NCBI GenBank assembly: GCA_014905635.1
Contig: JABVCE010000013.1
Span: forward strand, 310,001 to 374,000
Origin: Scenedesmus sp. PABB004
Taxonomy: Eukaryota
DNA length: 64,000 nucleotides
Direction of reading: 5' to 3'
Part shown: positions 12,501-23,741 of the stretch, one piece after another
How the letters are laid out: each line of letters starts with the position of its first letter
Numbering within the stretch: position 1 is the first letter of the stretch
The notes under the pieces: model-generated
Databases searched by the model: none
What the model was told of the DNA's origin: nothing
What the model saw: only the letters and a program-made list of their open reading frames with translations
Program-made: the position numbers and the translations under genes

Positions 12501-15500
12501 ATGGCGGCGGCGTCGCCGCACGCGAAGCCCGATATGGAGCAGGAGCAGGAGGACCCGGTGAGCAGCACGAGGCCGTGCTGGCCCCGCCCTGCATCCCGGG
12601 AGCAGGCCCCGCGGCCGCCCAGCCGACAGCCGGGCCGGCAGGCGCTGCGCCGGCGGCGGCGCGCGGCGGCGCCAACCGCCGCTGCTGTCGCGCCGCGGCG
12701 TGCGGCGCCGTGCAGGCCTTCGTGATCAAAAACCTGGACACCGGCCTGGAGATGCGCATAGACGACTTCGACCGGCTCGCCAACATCGCCGTCGACGAGC
12801 CGCAGGCGCGCGCGGCGCGGGCGCAGGCAGCGGCGCAGCAGCAGCGGCTCGCTGCGCTGCCTGGCTCACCCGCCGCCGCTCGCAGGAGCAGCAGCAGGAG
12901 CAGAAGAAGGGCGGCCTCATGAAGGGCACCAAGGCGCTCAAGCACTGGTGCGCGCCGCGCAGCGCCGCGCCGGCGCGCGCGGCGGCGGCGGCGGCGGGCC
13001 GGCCGATCGCCGTCGCGCACCCCGCGCGCGCGGCGGCGCCGCCGCCGTGCTGCAGGACCGCGGCCACGGCCAAGAAGGCGAGTGCGACGGCCAAGAAGGC
13101 GGTCACGGGCATCAAGGAGGCGGCGCACGACATCAACCTGCAGGCCCACGTGCTCGCAAAGGCGCGGCCGGCGGGCGGCCTCGCGTGGGACGCGGCGCCC
13201 AGCCCCGGCGGGCGCGCGGCAGCGCGGTCGGCGCCGGCCCCTCCGCGGGCGCCGGCGCGGAGCTGCTGCTGCGGCGGTCGACGACGGCAGAGGTGCGCAC
13301 GCGCCGCCGCACGCGGCGGCCGGCCGGCCCGAGTGGCGGCCGCGCGGCGGCGCTCACGGGCGCCCGCGCCGCGCCGCAGTCTGCGGCCCAGCCCGAGTCC
13401 GAGCCGGGCCTGGCCAGCAGCAGCCTGGCGTCCGTGAGCGTGTCGAGCGGCGGCGAGCACGGGGGCGACGGCTATGCGCAGCCCGGCGGCGCCGCGCTGC
13501 CCGCAGCGGTCGTGGCGGCGCCCAGCGCCGGGCACCACCGCCACGTGCCCGGCGCGTCGGCGCCCTCGGCCACCTCCGGCACGGCGTCGGCGCCCAGCCT
13601 CACCCCGCACGCCTCGCTGCTGCCGGCGCCGGGCGCCGGCGCGGGCGCCGCTGGCTGCGCGGCCGCGGCTGCCGCGGCGGCGGCGGGGCTCGTGGGCCCC
13701 CCGGTGCCCGCGGCGGTGCGGCTGGTGTCGCACAAGCGGTCGGGGCGGGCGATCGACGAGGTCGTCTTGGCGCAGGTGCTCGAGGGCAGCTGCGGCGTGG
13801 TGTGGGCGCTGGCGTTCAGCAGGGACGGCAGCTTCCTCGCGGCCGGCGGCCAGGACGGCGTGCTGCGCGTGTGGCAGCTCACCGCCAGCAGGTGGGCGCG
13901 GCCGCGGCGCGGCGCCGACGGCGCCGCGCCAGTCGCTGCAGCCGGCGCCGCGAGCTGACGCGCCGCCCCTGCCGGCCCGGCCGCGCCGCGCAGGGACAAG
14001 GAGCCGCGCACCAACTGGGTGTACGCGCCGCCAGCGCCGCCGCCGGCCGAGCCGCGCCGCAGCAGCGACGCGCACTCGGAGCAGCTGGAGGAGGAGGGCA
14101 GCAGCCCCAGCCACCGGCGAGGCGAGCAGCCGCAGCAGCCGCAGCAGCCGCAGCAGCCGCTGCCGCCGTCTCCGCCGCAGCAGCAGCAGGAGCAGCAGCA
14201 GCAGCAGCATGCGCAGCAGGAGCAGCACGCCGGCGGCGACACCCCGAGCCCGAGCGGCGGCAGCAGCAGCCACGCCTCGCCCAGCCCGGGCCCGGAGCAG
14301 CCCGGCGGCGCCGGCGGCGCGGCGGCGGCGCAGCAGCCGCCGCACGTGGCGTGGGGGCCCTACCTCTCGCTCGCCCCGGTGCGGAGCTACGCGGGGCACG
14401 GGGAGGACATCCTGGACGTCTCCTGGAGCGGCGCGGGCTTTGTGCTGACCGCCTCGCTCGACAAGAGCGCGCGGCTGTGGCACGTGTCGCAGCCCGGCTG
14501 CCTCCGCACGTTCTGGCACTCCGACTTTGTCACGAGCGTGCAGTTCCACCCGGGCGACGCGCAGCGCTTCGTGTCGGGTGCGCGCGTTGCCCCGCCGCCC
14601 GCGCGCCGCCCCGCTTGCCCCCGCGCCGCCGCCCCCGCGCCGCGCCGCGCCGCCCTTGCGCACGCCCTGACGCCCCGCGCCGCCGCGCCGCACGTCGCAG
14701 GCTCCATCGACGGCAAGATCCGGGTGTGGTCCATCCCACAGAACGCGGTGCTCGCGACGGCGTCGCTGCACCAGGACATGGTCACCGCGGTCGCCTTCTC
14801 CCTCAGCGGGACCCGCGTGCTCGCCGGCACCATGCGCGGCCGCGTGCGCTTCTACGAGCTCGCGGCGCGCAAGCTGGAGTACGTCGCGCAGGTGCGCCGG
14901 CGCGCCCGCGCGCACCGCCGCGCGCACCGCCGCGCGCCGCCGCCGACGCGCCGCCCGCCGCGGCCGCGCGCGCAGGTGGACGTGCGCAACACGCGCGGGC
15001 AGCACGCGAGCGGGCGCAAGGTGACGGGCATCCGCGCGGTGCCGGGGCACCCCGCCCAGTTCCTCATCACCACCAACGACAGCCGCCTGCGCCTGCTGGA
15101 GGGCTACGGCCAGGTGCGCGGCGCGCGGCGCGGCGTCGCGGGGCGGCGCGCGTGCCTGCCCCGTGCGGGGCCGCCGGTGCGGGCGCGCGGCGGGCGCGCG
15201 CGTGCGCAGCGCGAGGCGGGGCCGACCGCCGCGCGGGCGCGCGCGCGCGTGCGTTGCGGCGCAGGTGCTCAAGTTCAAGGGCCACCGCAACAGCAGCACG
15301 CAGAGCAGGGCCGCCCTCTCGGCCGACGGCGCGGCGGTCGTGTGCGGCAGCGACGACGGCTGGGCGTACGTGTGGCAGCTCGCGGCGGCGCGGCGGCGCG
15401 CGGCCGCCGGGCGCGGCGCCGCCGGAGCAGCTGCGACAGCTGCTGCAGGGCGGCAAGAACCAGGCGCACCAGGCGTTCCTCGCTTCAGACGCGGGCGCGC

Positions 15501-15751
15501 CGGTCACGGCGTGCGCGTTTGCGCCGCCGGGCGCGCTGGGCCCGGCGCCGCGCTCGGTACTGGCCGGCACGCCCGGCAGCGGCGGCACCACCGCCGGCGG
15601 CGCGGCGGAGGGCGGCGAGGCGAGCGACGGCGCGGCCAGCGGCGCCGCGAGCCGAGCGGGCTCGCGGCCGGGCCTGGGCGGCCGCCCGGTGCAGCAGCTG
15701 CTGGTGACGGCGGGGTTTGCGGGCGCCGTGCGCGTGCACGAGCTGCTGTGA
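12501..15751 (+). CDS. WD40-repeat protein, WDR44-like
   Basis: Motifs [107 protein letters not shown] and KFKGHRN. Possible frameshift near 15390. Confidence 0.88.
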
Positions 15752-16021
15752 TCGATCGCAGCCTGAGACGCGGGGCGGGGCGGAGGGGGCGGCCTTGCTG
15801 AGACACGCAAGCACTGCACGGTGCCGGATTTTTGAACACGCCGCCGCCTGTGCTGTCCGCCTGGGCGGCTCGCTCGCTCGCTCCAGCTGCCGGGCGCTGC
15901 TGCTGACGGTCGCTCAGCGGCGCGGGCGGCGACGGCGAGAGCGCGGGCGGCGACAGCGAGAGCGCGAGCAAGCAGTTGCCAGCAACTGCGCGACGCGCGG
16001 GGCGCCGCCGCGCCCTGCGCC

Positions 16022-18175
16022 TCACGTCCACGGCTGGTACAGCGCCGCCGCCGCCTGCTGCTTCAGGCCCGCGGCGCCGTCGAGCCCGCCGGCAAAGCCG
16101 AAGCCCGGCGGCGCGCCGCCCACCGCGGCGCCGCCCGCCTGCTGCGCCGCGCCTAGGTCGGCAAAGCTCAGCGGGTTGTAGCCGCCCAGCCGCGAGCCGC
16201 CCAGCACGCCAAAGCCTGGCGGCGGCGCGGGGCTGGGCGCCGCGCCAAAGCCGCCGCCCGCCGCGCCGCCGGCGGCGCCTCCGCTCGCCCACAGCATCTG
16301 CAGCCGCGCCGGCACCGCGGGGATGCCGCCGCCGAGGCCGGCGCCGCTGAAGTCGACGCTCGGCAGCGCGGCGCTGTCGTTCCACACCGCCGCCGCCGCC
16401 GGCGCGCCGAGCGACGAGCCCTGGCTGAAGAGGCTGCTGTTGCTGTCGACGCTGTGCATGCCGCTGCCGCTGCCCTGCGACGCGTACGCGTCGGCCTGCA
16501 GCGGGCGGTAGCCGCCCCGCGCCGCCGCGGCGTCGGGCTGCTGCTGCACCGGCGGCGCGTACGCGTCGCCGCACGCCTGCTGCTGCTTGGCGGCCGGCGC
16601 GTGGCCGAAGCCCGGCGGCGGCGCGCGCACGGGCGGGCGGCCGTTGGGCGGCCGCAGCCCGCTGGCGCCCGGCCGCGCCGCGCCGCCGCCGCCGCTGCCG
16701 GCGCGGCCGCCCGCCGCGAGCGCCTGCTGCAGCCACGCCGTCGTCTGCTGGCCCGGCTGGCTGTCGGCCTCGAGCTTGCGCAGGCACTGCACCAGCTGCA
16801 CCGCCGCCTCCGTGCTCGACAGCGTGCTGCCGTGCACCGCGGTCTGCAGCATCCGCAGCAGCGCCGCGGCCTCGGGGTAGGGCGGCACGCTGCTGTGCCC
16901 CGACACCGGCACGCACACGTTGTGCCGCGCGCCGCCCACGACGGTGGTCACCTCCACCGCCGTGAAGCCGCCGCTGCCGCCGCCGCCGCCGCCCAGCGCC
17001 TGCTGGTGGTGGCCCGCCGCGTCGCCCGCGCCGCCCGCCGCGTCGGCGGTCAGCGTGCTCACGCTGCTGTCGCACGAGCTCCGCAGCGGGTCGTGCCGCC
17101 CGCGCGCCGCGAGCGGCGCGACCTGCGTCGACGACAGGCTGCTGCTGCTGCTCTGCCGCCGCACGGGCACGTGGTCGTGCGACCGCTGGTGCGCCGCCGC
17201 GCCGCCTCCGCCGACCGCGTCGCCCAGGCTGGGCCAGGCGGCGTCGTCGACCGGCGCCGGCGCCGCGACGGGCGGCTCGTGCCCCGGCGGCGGCGGCGGC
17301 GGCGCGGCGCCCGACACCCACGATGCCGTCGCCGGCAGCACGTCCGCGCGGTCGTGCGTCGCGCCGCGGCCGTGGTGGGCCGCGGCGGCGGCGGCGTGGC
17401 CGTGCGGCTCGGGCGTGTGGTGGTGGTGCGGCGGGTGGTGGTGCCCCGGCCGCGGCACCGTCCGCACCGTCGCCGCGCCGCTGCCCTTGCCGCCCGCGCG
17501 GTGGCCGTGCCCGCCGTGGCTGTGCGCCGCGTGCGCCGCGTGCGCGGCGGCCGCGTGGCCGCCGTGCGCGCCGGCAGCAGCAGCGGCGGCGGCGCCGCCG
17601 CCTCCGCCGCCGCGGCCCGCCGCCGCCTCCGCCGCGGCGGCGGCCTGCTTGCGCGCCATGTGCTGGCGCACGGCGTCCAGGTCGTCGCTGTACTGCTGCC
17701 TGCAGCCGGGGCAGGTGTTGTTGTACTCGCTCTGCAGGCGCTGGTAGCAAAAGAGGCACACCTGGTACCTGTGCGGCGCGCTCAACGAGCGCATGGGCGT
17801 CGGCGGCGGGCGTGGGGCGGCGCGCGGGGCGCGCCGCGGCGCGGCGCGCCGCGGGCGGGCGTTCGCATCAGCAGCATGCGCTCCCCCGCGCCGCCCGGGC
17901 CGCCGGCGCCGCGCGGCGCACCCGCAGGAGCAGGGGAAGAAGTCCCGGTCCGTGTCATCCAGCACCTCGATGCAGAGCGGGCACTCCAGCTCCAGCGGGG
18001 GCGGTGGCGGGGGCGGGGGCGGAGCGGGCGCCTGCTGCTGCTGCTTGCGCGGCGCGGCCGCGGCCGCCGCGGCGGCCTTGCCCGCTCGCGAGCGCGCCTG
18101 CGGGGGCGGCGCGGCAGGGTCAGCGGGCGCGCCCGCGCGCGGCAGCGCGCCCGATCGCGGCCCGCTGCGCACCAT
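16022..18175 (-). CDS. NOT4/CNOT4-type C4C4 RING E3 ligase-like protein with a low-complexity C-terminus (no RRM seen)
   Basis: ECPLCIEVLDDTDRDFFPCSCG-YQVCLFCYQRLQSEYNNTCPGCRQQY, followed by a His-rich tract and PPPGF motifs. Confidence 0.82.
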   Translation of the reverse strand: MVRSGPRSGALPRAGAPADPAAPPPQARSRAGKAAAAAAAAPRKQQQQAPAPPPPPPPPPLELECPLCIEVLDDTDRDFFPCSCGCAARRRRPGRRGGAHAADANARPRRAAPRRAPRAAPRPPPTPMRSLSAPHRYQVCLFCYQRLQSEYNNTCPGCRQQYSDDLDAVRQHMARKQAAAAAEAAAGRGGGGGGAAAAAAAGAHGGHAAAAHAAHAAHSHGGHGHRAGGKGSGAATVRTVPRPGHHHPPHHHHTPEPHGHAAAAAAHHGRGATHDRADVLPATASWVSGAAPPPPPPGHEPPVAAPAPVDDAAWPSLGDAVGGGGAAAHQRSHDHVPVRRQSSSSSLSSTQVAPLAARGRHDPLRSSCDSSVSTLTADAAGGAGDAAGHHQQALGGGGGGSGGFTAVEVTTVVGGARHNVCVPVSGHSSVPPYPEAAALLRMLQTAVHGSTLSSTEAAVQLVQCLRKLEADSQPGQQTTAWLQQALAAGGRAGSGGGGAARPGASGLRPPNGRPPVRAPPPGFGHAPAAKQQQACGDAYAPPVQQQPDAAAARGGYRPLQADAYASQGSGSGMHSVDSNSSLFSQGSSLGAPAAAAVWNDSAALPSVDFSGAGLGGGIPAVPARLQMLWASGGAAGGAAGGGFGAAPSPAPPPGFGVLGGSRLGGYNPLSFADLGAAQQAGGAAVGGAPPGFGFAGGLDGAAGLKQQAAAALYQPWT

Positions 18176-18481
18176 GGCTCCCCGCGGGCGCGACGGGCGG
18201 GCGGTGAGGTCGGGGAGAGTGGCGGGGCGGCGCGCGGGCGCAGGGCTGGCCGCGCGAGCAGGCGGGAGCCTCGCGCGGGCTCAGGCCCCACGACCGCTCG
18301 AGCGCACGCTGCAGCGCCGCGCAGGCGCACGCAGCAGCTCGCCACGGTTAACTGCGCGCGGTGGCCCCGCGGCGCGCCGCGCAGCGCGCGCTCAGCGTGC
18401 TGCGGCCCGCGCCGCCCCGCCGGCCGGCCGCGCACGCGCGCTCGTGCGCGCGCCCAGGCCCCGCCCCAAGCAGCACCACGC

Positions 18482-20313
18482 CTACGCGGCCGCGAAGCCG
18501 CGCGCCCAGCCCGCGAGCGCGGCCGCGGCGCGCGCGACGCGCGCGCGCGCGCCGCCGGCCGCCGCCGCCGCGGCGCGCGCCGCGGCGCGCGCCTCGGCAA
18601 AGTCGCCGGCGAGGTCGAGCCCCGGGTGCGCGGCGAGCGCGGCGTCGATCCAGGCCTCGTCGTCGTCGTCGCCGCCGTCGTTGTCGCGCGGGGCCCTGTC
18701 GACGATGACGGGGACGAGCTCCGCGTTCTGGGGCCGGTACGGCTCGCGCCGCACCGCGAGCAGCACGGAGCGCGTGAAGCCGCTGTGCGTGACGACCACG
18801 ATCACGCGCTCGGGCGCGTGCTCGAACAGGATGTCCAGGAAGTGCTTGGCCCGCCGCACCTGCGCGGGACGAGGCGCGGCCGAGCGCGCGCTCGGCGCGG
18901 CGCGGCGCGCGGCGCGGCGTGCGCGGGCGCAGGGGCGGACCGGCCGCCGCCGCGCCGCGCGCCGCGCGCGCCTGGTGCTTCTGCCGCTCGCGCTTGTCCT
19001 TGGTCCACAGGTGGTCCGCGTCGCCGAGCAGGCCGAAGCCGCGGTCGGCGCGCGCCTCGGGGTCCCAGACCGGGTAGTCAAAGTCCGGCCAGCTGCTCGC
19101 GAGGCCCTTGTCAAAGGAGCAGGGGCTCTGCGGCCCCGCCCCGCCGCCGCCGTTGCCGCCGGGGGCGGCGTTGGGGTCGGACACGCTGCGCCGCGCGTCG
19201 CACGTGTCCTCGCCGAGCGTCTCGCGCACATACTCCTCCACGCTCGTCGCGTTGGGCGACACGCCCTCCAGCGCGAGCGTGGCGGTGTGCAGGCAGCTGT
19301 GGCGCGCGCGGGGCGGGGCGGCGCGCGCGGGGCGGGGCGGCGCGCGCGTGGGCGCGCGCCCGGGCCGGGCCAGGCGGGGCGCGGCGGGGCGGGCCGCGCT
19401 GCGCCGGCGCCCCGGGCGTGGCGCGCTCACCGCGTGAGCGGGCTGATGACCGCGCGCAGTGGGCGGCCGCCGGTCATCTTCTCCAGCCAGCCGCCGCCGA
19501 CGAGGATCGAGTTGAGCGACCGGGCCTGGTCCGAGCCGAGGCCGGTCAGGTCTGGCGTGGCGCGGGCCGGTGGCCGGGCGGGCGGCGCGGCGCGCGTGAG
19601 CGGCGGCCGCGCCCGCCGCCGGCTCGCGCCGCCCGCCTGCACCCGGCTCGCGGCCGGCTCTCGCCGTCGCGGCGCGCACCCGCGTCAAAGATGTTGTAGA
19701 TGGTCCCGTTCTTGTCGTCGTACTGGCAGGTGCCCTCGACCGCAAACCACTCGTCCGGGCCGAGCGTGTCGCCCAGGAAGTTGCTGATCGCCTGGCCGTG
19801 CCGCACCACCAGCAGGAGCTTGCGGTCTGCGTGGCGGCCGCGGCGGCGGCGGCGGTGTCGCGCCGCGGCCTGGCGGCCGGCGCACGGGCGCGGGCGCGCG
19901 GCCTGGCGGCGGGCGACCGCCGGGGCGCTGCGCTGCGCTGCGCGCGCGCCGCGCACCCGGCTCGTCCTCCAGCATGGCCTGGATGTCCTCCCAGGGCTTG
20001 AGCGCGCCGAAGCTAAAGTGCTGGCCGGGCCCGGGGAGCTGCTTGGACGCGCGCTCCTGCGGCGGCGGCAGCGGCGTGCTCGGCGCGCGGTCGCGAGGCG
20101 CGGGGGCGGAGCGGAGAGAGCGCAGGGCGGCGGCGGTGCGACCGGGCCGCGCGGCCGCACCTGGATGAACAGGCCCTCGGGGCTGGTGTAGGGGTGCTTG
20201 GGCTTGCGGCGGCGCGCGAGGCCGGCGCCGGCGGGGCGCCGCGCGCCGTCGGCCGCGCCGCCGGCCGCCAGCAGCAGCGCCAGGCCCAGTGCGAGCGCGG
20301 GCGTGCGCGCCAT
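18482..20313 (-). CDS. Histidine phosphatase (phosphoglycerate mutase-like, PMU1-type) with signal peptide
   Basis: Motifs LLLVVRHGQAISN, DADLTGLGSDQA, VISPLTRCLHTA, VRETLGEDTCDARR and VVVTHSGF. Hydrophobic N-terminus PALALGLALLLAAGGAADG. Alternative ATG at 20322. Confidence 0.87.
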
Positions 20314-21721
20314 CCTGCGCATTCGGCCGGATCGTGGCAGCCGGGGATCGTGGCAGCCGGCTCAGGCGCGCGCGGCGGCGGAGAGCATCACGAGCAGCAC
20401 ACCGGAGATTGTGCTGCTGCGCCGCACTTGTGGGCACGTTCCAGTTCCGGACGCGCTGCGAGCGCGAGAGTGAGACGCCCACCGAGCTGTCTCACCGAGC
20501 TGAAGCGCTGCGAATCGCCGATGCGCGCGCGGTGCCGGACGATCCGGTTGCGGCAGCGCGCACCGCGATGCGACTGCGTGACGGTTCGCGCCGGGCGCGA
20601 TGGGGCAACGTGAGTGCGGGCGGACGTGGGCGCCGCGCGCTGAGAACAACCAGCCTGAAGCGCCGCGACCGCCCGGCCGCCGCCAGGCCGCGGCGCGACC
20701 GGCGGCCACTCTTCAAAATGGCAACTCTTTACACTGCCCCTAGCTTGCTGTGTGGCGGCCTGAGCAACATCAACAACCCGGCCGGGTGCCTGTCTGCCAA
20801 CTGCAAGGCTTGGCGGCTCACAGCGCGCGCGCCCAGAGTGCCGCCCGAGTCCAGCCGCGGCCGACTCGCCGAGTCGAGCGCCGCGATGCTGGTTTTCTTT
20901 GTTGTTGTTAGACCGCGCAGACAGGCAGAAAAGTGCGCGCCGGCCCCCGCGGGCCGGGCGACGAGCGCCGCGGCCGCGCGTGTGTAGTGCGTTGGTCAGC
21001 GTGTGCGCCCGTTCCTGTCCCCCAACGTGAGCGCCATCCATGCCGCCAATCGATGCCAATCCAGTCGTGCACGCCACCACTCGACCGCGCAGAGCTGCAC
21101 CGCGCGGCGCATGCATACCACACCACACCACAGGGTGGAGCCGCCGCCAGCACGCACGGTCTGTTGTGCTGCGCTGGCCGCCGGCCGGCGCGGCGGCGCA
21201 GGCGGCCGGGCGGCGAGCTGCCCCGCCCGGCCTGCTGCGCCGCGCGTGCGCTCGCGCCCCCCGGCACCGTGCGACGCCCCAGTCATCTCCGCCACGTTGC
21301 CGTGTCTTGGGCCGCCGCCACAACAGGCCTCAGGCGCGTGAAGTCAGTGCTGAGTGCCGAGCGCGCAGCCGTGCGCGTGGTAACATTGACCAGGTGCGGA
21401 GGATCATGCGTTGGTTGGTGGCCTCCCAGCCCTGCCCGCCCCGCCGTGCGAGCACGCCCGGCGAGCCGCGCTGCCCGCCGACTGGAGCCGAGGTCGGGGC
21501 GCGCGTGGGAGGCCGCGCGGCGGTGCATTCGCACAGGCCAGCGACGCGGCGTCGGCCCGGGCACAAGCCCCGCCGGCGCCTGCGCTGCACATGACGTACC
21601 GTGCGACGGCCGTACGCCTCGAGGCCGTGCCCCACACACGCACAAGAGCGCACACGCACGCACACGCGCGCGCGTGCAGCCCCCGCAGCGGCAGCGCCGC
21701 CCGGGCCGCGCCGCCGCCGGC

Positions 21722-23741
21722 TCAGGCCTGGCTGTCCAGGGCCTTGCCGCCGCCGCTGAGGCCCTTGCCGCCGCCGCTGAGGCCCTTGCCGCCGCCGCTG
21801 CTCCTGGCCTCGCCCGCGGCGCTCTCGCGCGCGTGCTCCTGCAGCACGTCGGTGATGTTCTCGTCGCCGTCGGTCTGGAAGCGCTTGGGCGGCGAGCCGG
21901 TGATCCACATCATCATGGCCTCGGGGTAGCTCAGGCCCAGCTCCTTCATGGAGAACAGGGGCGAGAGCGGGCCCCAGCCCGACACAAAACTGAAGATGGC
22001 GCACGCGAGGATCGCGGCCTGCCGCGCGGGCGGGCGGGCGGACGGGCGTTGCGGTCGCGGCGTTGCGGTCGCGGCGTTGCGGTCGCGGCGTTGCGGTCGC
22101 GGCGCGCGGCGAGCCGGCGGCGCTGGCTGGCGCTGCGTGGCGCTGTTTGCGCCGCTGCGCTGTGCGCGGTCGCACCAGGAGCTGGGCGAGGACGTAGATG
22201 TAGGCGATGCCGCGGCCGCAGCGGAAGACGGCCAGCGGGCCAAGCACGCGCGCGGGGTTGAGCGCGGCGCCCGTCCACTTGCCGCCTGCGCGCGCGAGGG
22301 GCGAGCGGCAGGGCTCGGCGCGGCGCTCGGCGGGCGCGCGTGCGCGCATTTGCGGCGGCGGCGGCAGCGGCGGCCGCGCGCGCGCGGCGCGGCGGCGTCG
22401 CGGCGCACCGGTGCCGGCGCAGGCGACGAGGGAGAGGCCGACGACGAGGGGCGTGAACGAGCCGTGGCCGGGCTTGGCGACGCCGCAGGCGTAGACGACG
22501 CTGATGAGCGTGAAGGTCATGACCACCTCCCAGCCAAAGAGCTGCGAGTGCGTGAGGCCCTTGCCGACGACGGTCGGGTCGAAGCAGCCCGGCGCGCCGT
22601 CGCCCATGCCGACGTACACGCCCGGCACGAGGCCCGCGACGAGCATGGAGCCGAACATCGCGCCCACGATCTGGAGGATGATGTAGAGGATGGAGTGCAG
22701 CAGCGGGTAGAAGCCGCAGATGAGCGTGGAAAAGGTGACCGCGGGGTTGAGGTGCCCGCCCGACACGTTGGCGGCGGCGTAGATCCAGATCGCCAGCGCG
22801 AGGCCGTTCACCCAGGGGCCAAACACCTGCGCGCACGCGCGCGCGAGAGAGAGGGAAAGAGAGAGAGAGCGAGCGGCGGCGCTCGCGTCGGCGGCGGCGC
22901 GGGCGCGCGTCGGGGCGGCCTGCGCGCGCAGCGCAGGCACGGCGTGCGCGGCGCGCGCGCTGCGCGGACCTTGTCAGAGACGGTGGAGCCCAGGAAGGTG
23001 AAGACCATGACGCCGATGAACTCGCACAGCAGCGAGATGGCAAAGGTCTTGCTCGTGATCGCCTGCGCGCGATCGGCGGGCGGCGCGGAGGGGCTCAGCG
23101 GGTCGCGGGAGCGGCGGCCAGCCGGGCTCCGGGGGCCAGGCCGGCCAGGGCACCCTGGCGGCCCGGCGGCGCCGGCGGCGGCGCGCGCGCCCGCGCGCCG
23201 AGTGGTGCGCCGCCGCACACCTGATAGTTGCTGCGGGCCACACGCGGCGGCGGCGGTGTCGGCGCGGGGCAGACGGCGGGTCAGGGACCAGCGGAGCGCG
23301 GGAGGCGGGCGCCGGCGCCGCGCGGCCGCGGCCCGCGCGGCGCCGGGCGGGCGCGGCCGGCGCTGATCGCGCGCCCGCCCCGCCGCCGGGGGCGACCCAG
23401 CGCGCCCCGGCGCGCGCCGAGCGATGCGGTGCGGTCACGCCGCATGCAGTGCACGGCGCTGCGGCGCCGTTGAGCGAGCTAACCCCCGCGGCCCGCCGTG
23501 TATGCTTTACGGGCGCCCGCCGCCAGGCGCCCGCGGCCGGCCTGGCCCGCCCCAGCGGTCGCGCGCCCCGCGCGCGCGCCGTCGAGCAGGCGGCCGCGGC
23601 GCGCGGTGGCCGGGCCGCGGCCGCGCCAGGCTGGCAGGCGCGGCCGCTCGCCGGTGCCGCCGCCGGGCGGCGCGCGCGGGCTTCCGCGATCACGCGATCG
23701 ACGCACCTGAAGCATGAGTCCTTGTCGACGGCGGCCGGCAT
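21722..23741 (-). CDS. Aquaporin / major intrinsic protein
   Basis: Motifs CEFIGVMVFTF, SGGHLNPAVT, WEVVMTFTL and TGAALNPARVLGP give both NPA boxes. The N-terminus MPAAVDKDSCFS-NYQ-AITSK is assembled through a 10-nt microexon at 23221-23230. Confidence 0.95.
22045..22104. repeat. Intronic 14-bp tandem repeat, 4 copies (ggcgttgcggtcgc)
   Basis: Directly visible in the last aquaporin intron. Confidence 0.85.

Noticed and set aside
20705..20935. Telomerase RNA, RNase P/MRP or SRP identity for the structured element
   Set aside because: No CCCTAAA-type template and no recognisable conserved boxes were seen, so it is kept only as an unassigned structure.
20718..20987. 89-aa plus-strand ORF MATLYTAPSLLCGG...
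   Set aside because: Codon usage is unlike the real exons, no domain is recognisable, and it overlaps the likely aquaporin 3'UTR and poly(A) signal on the other strand.
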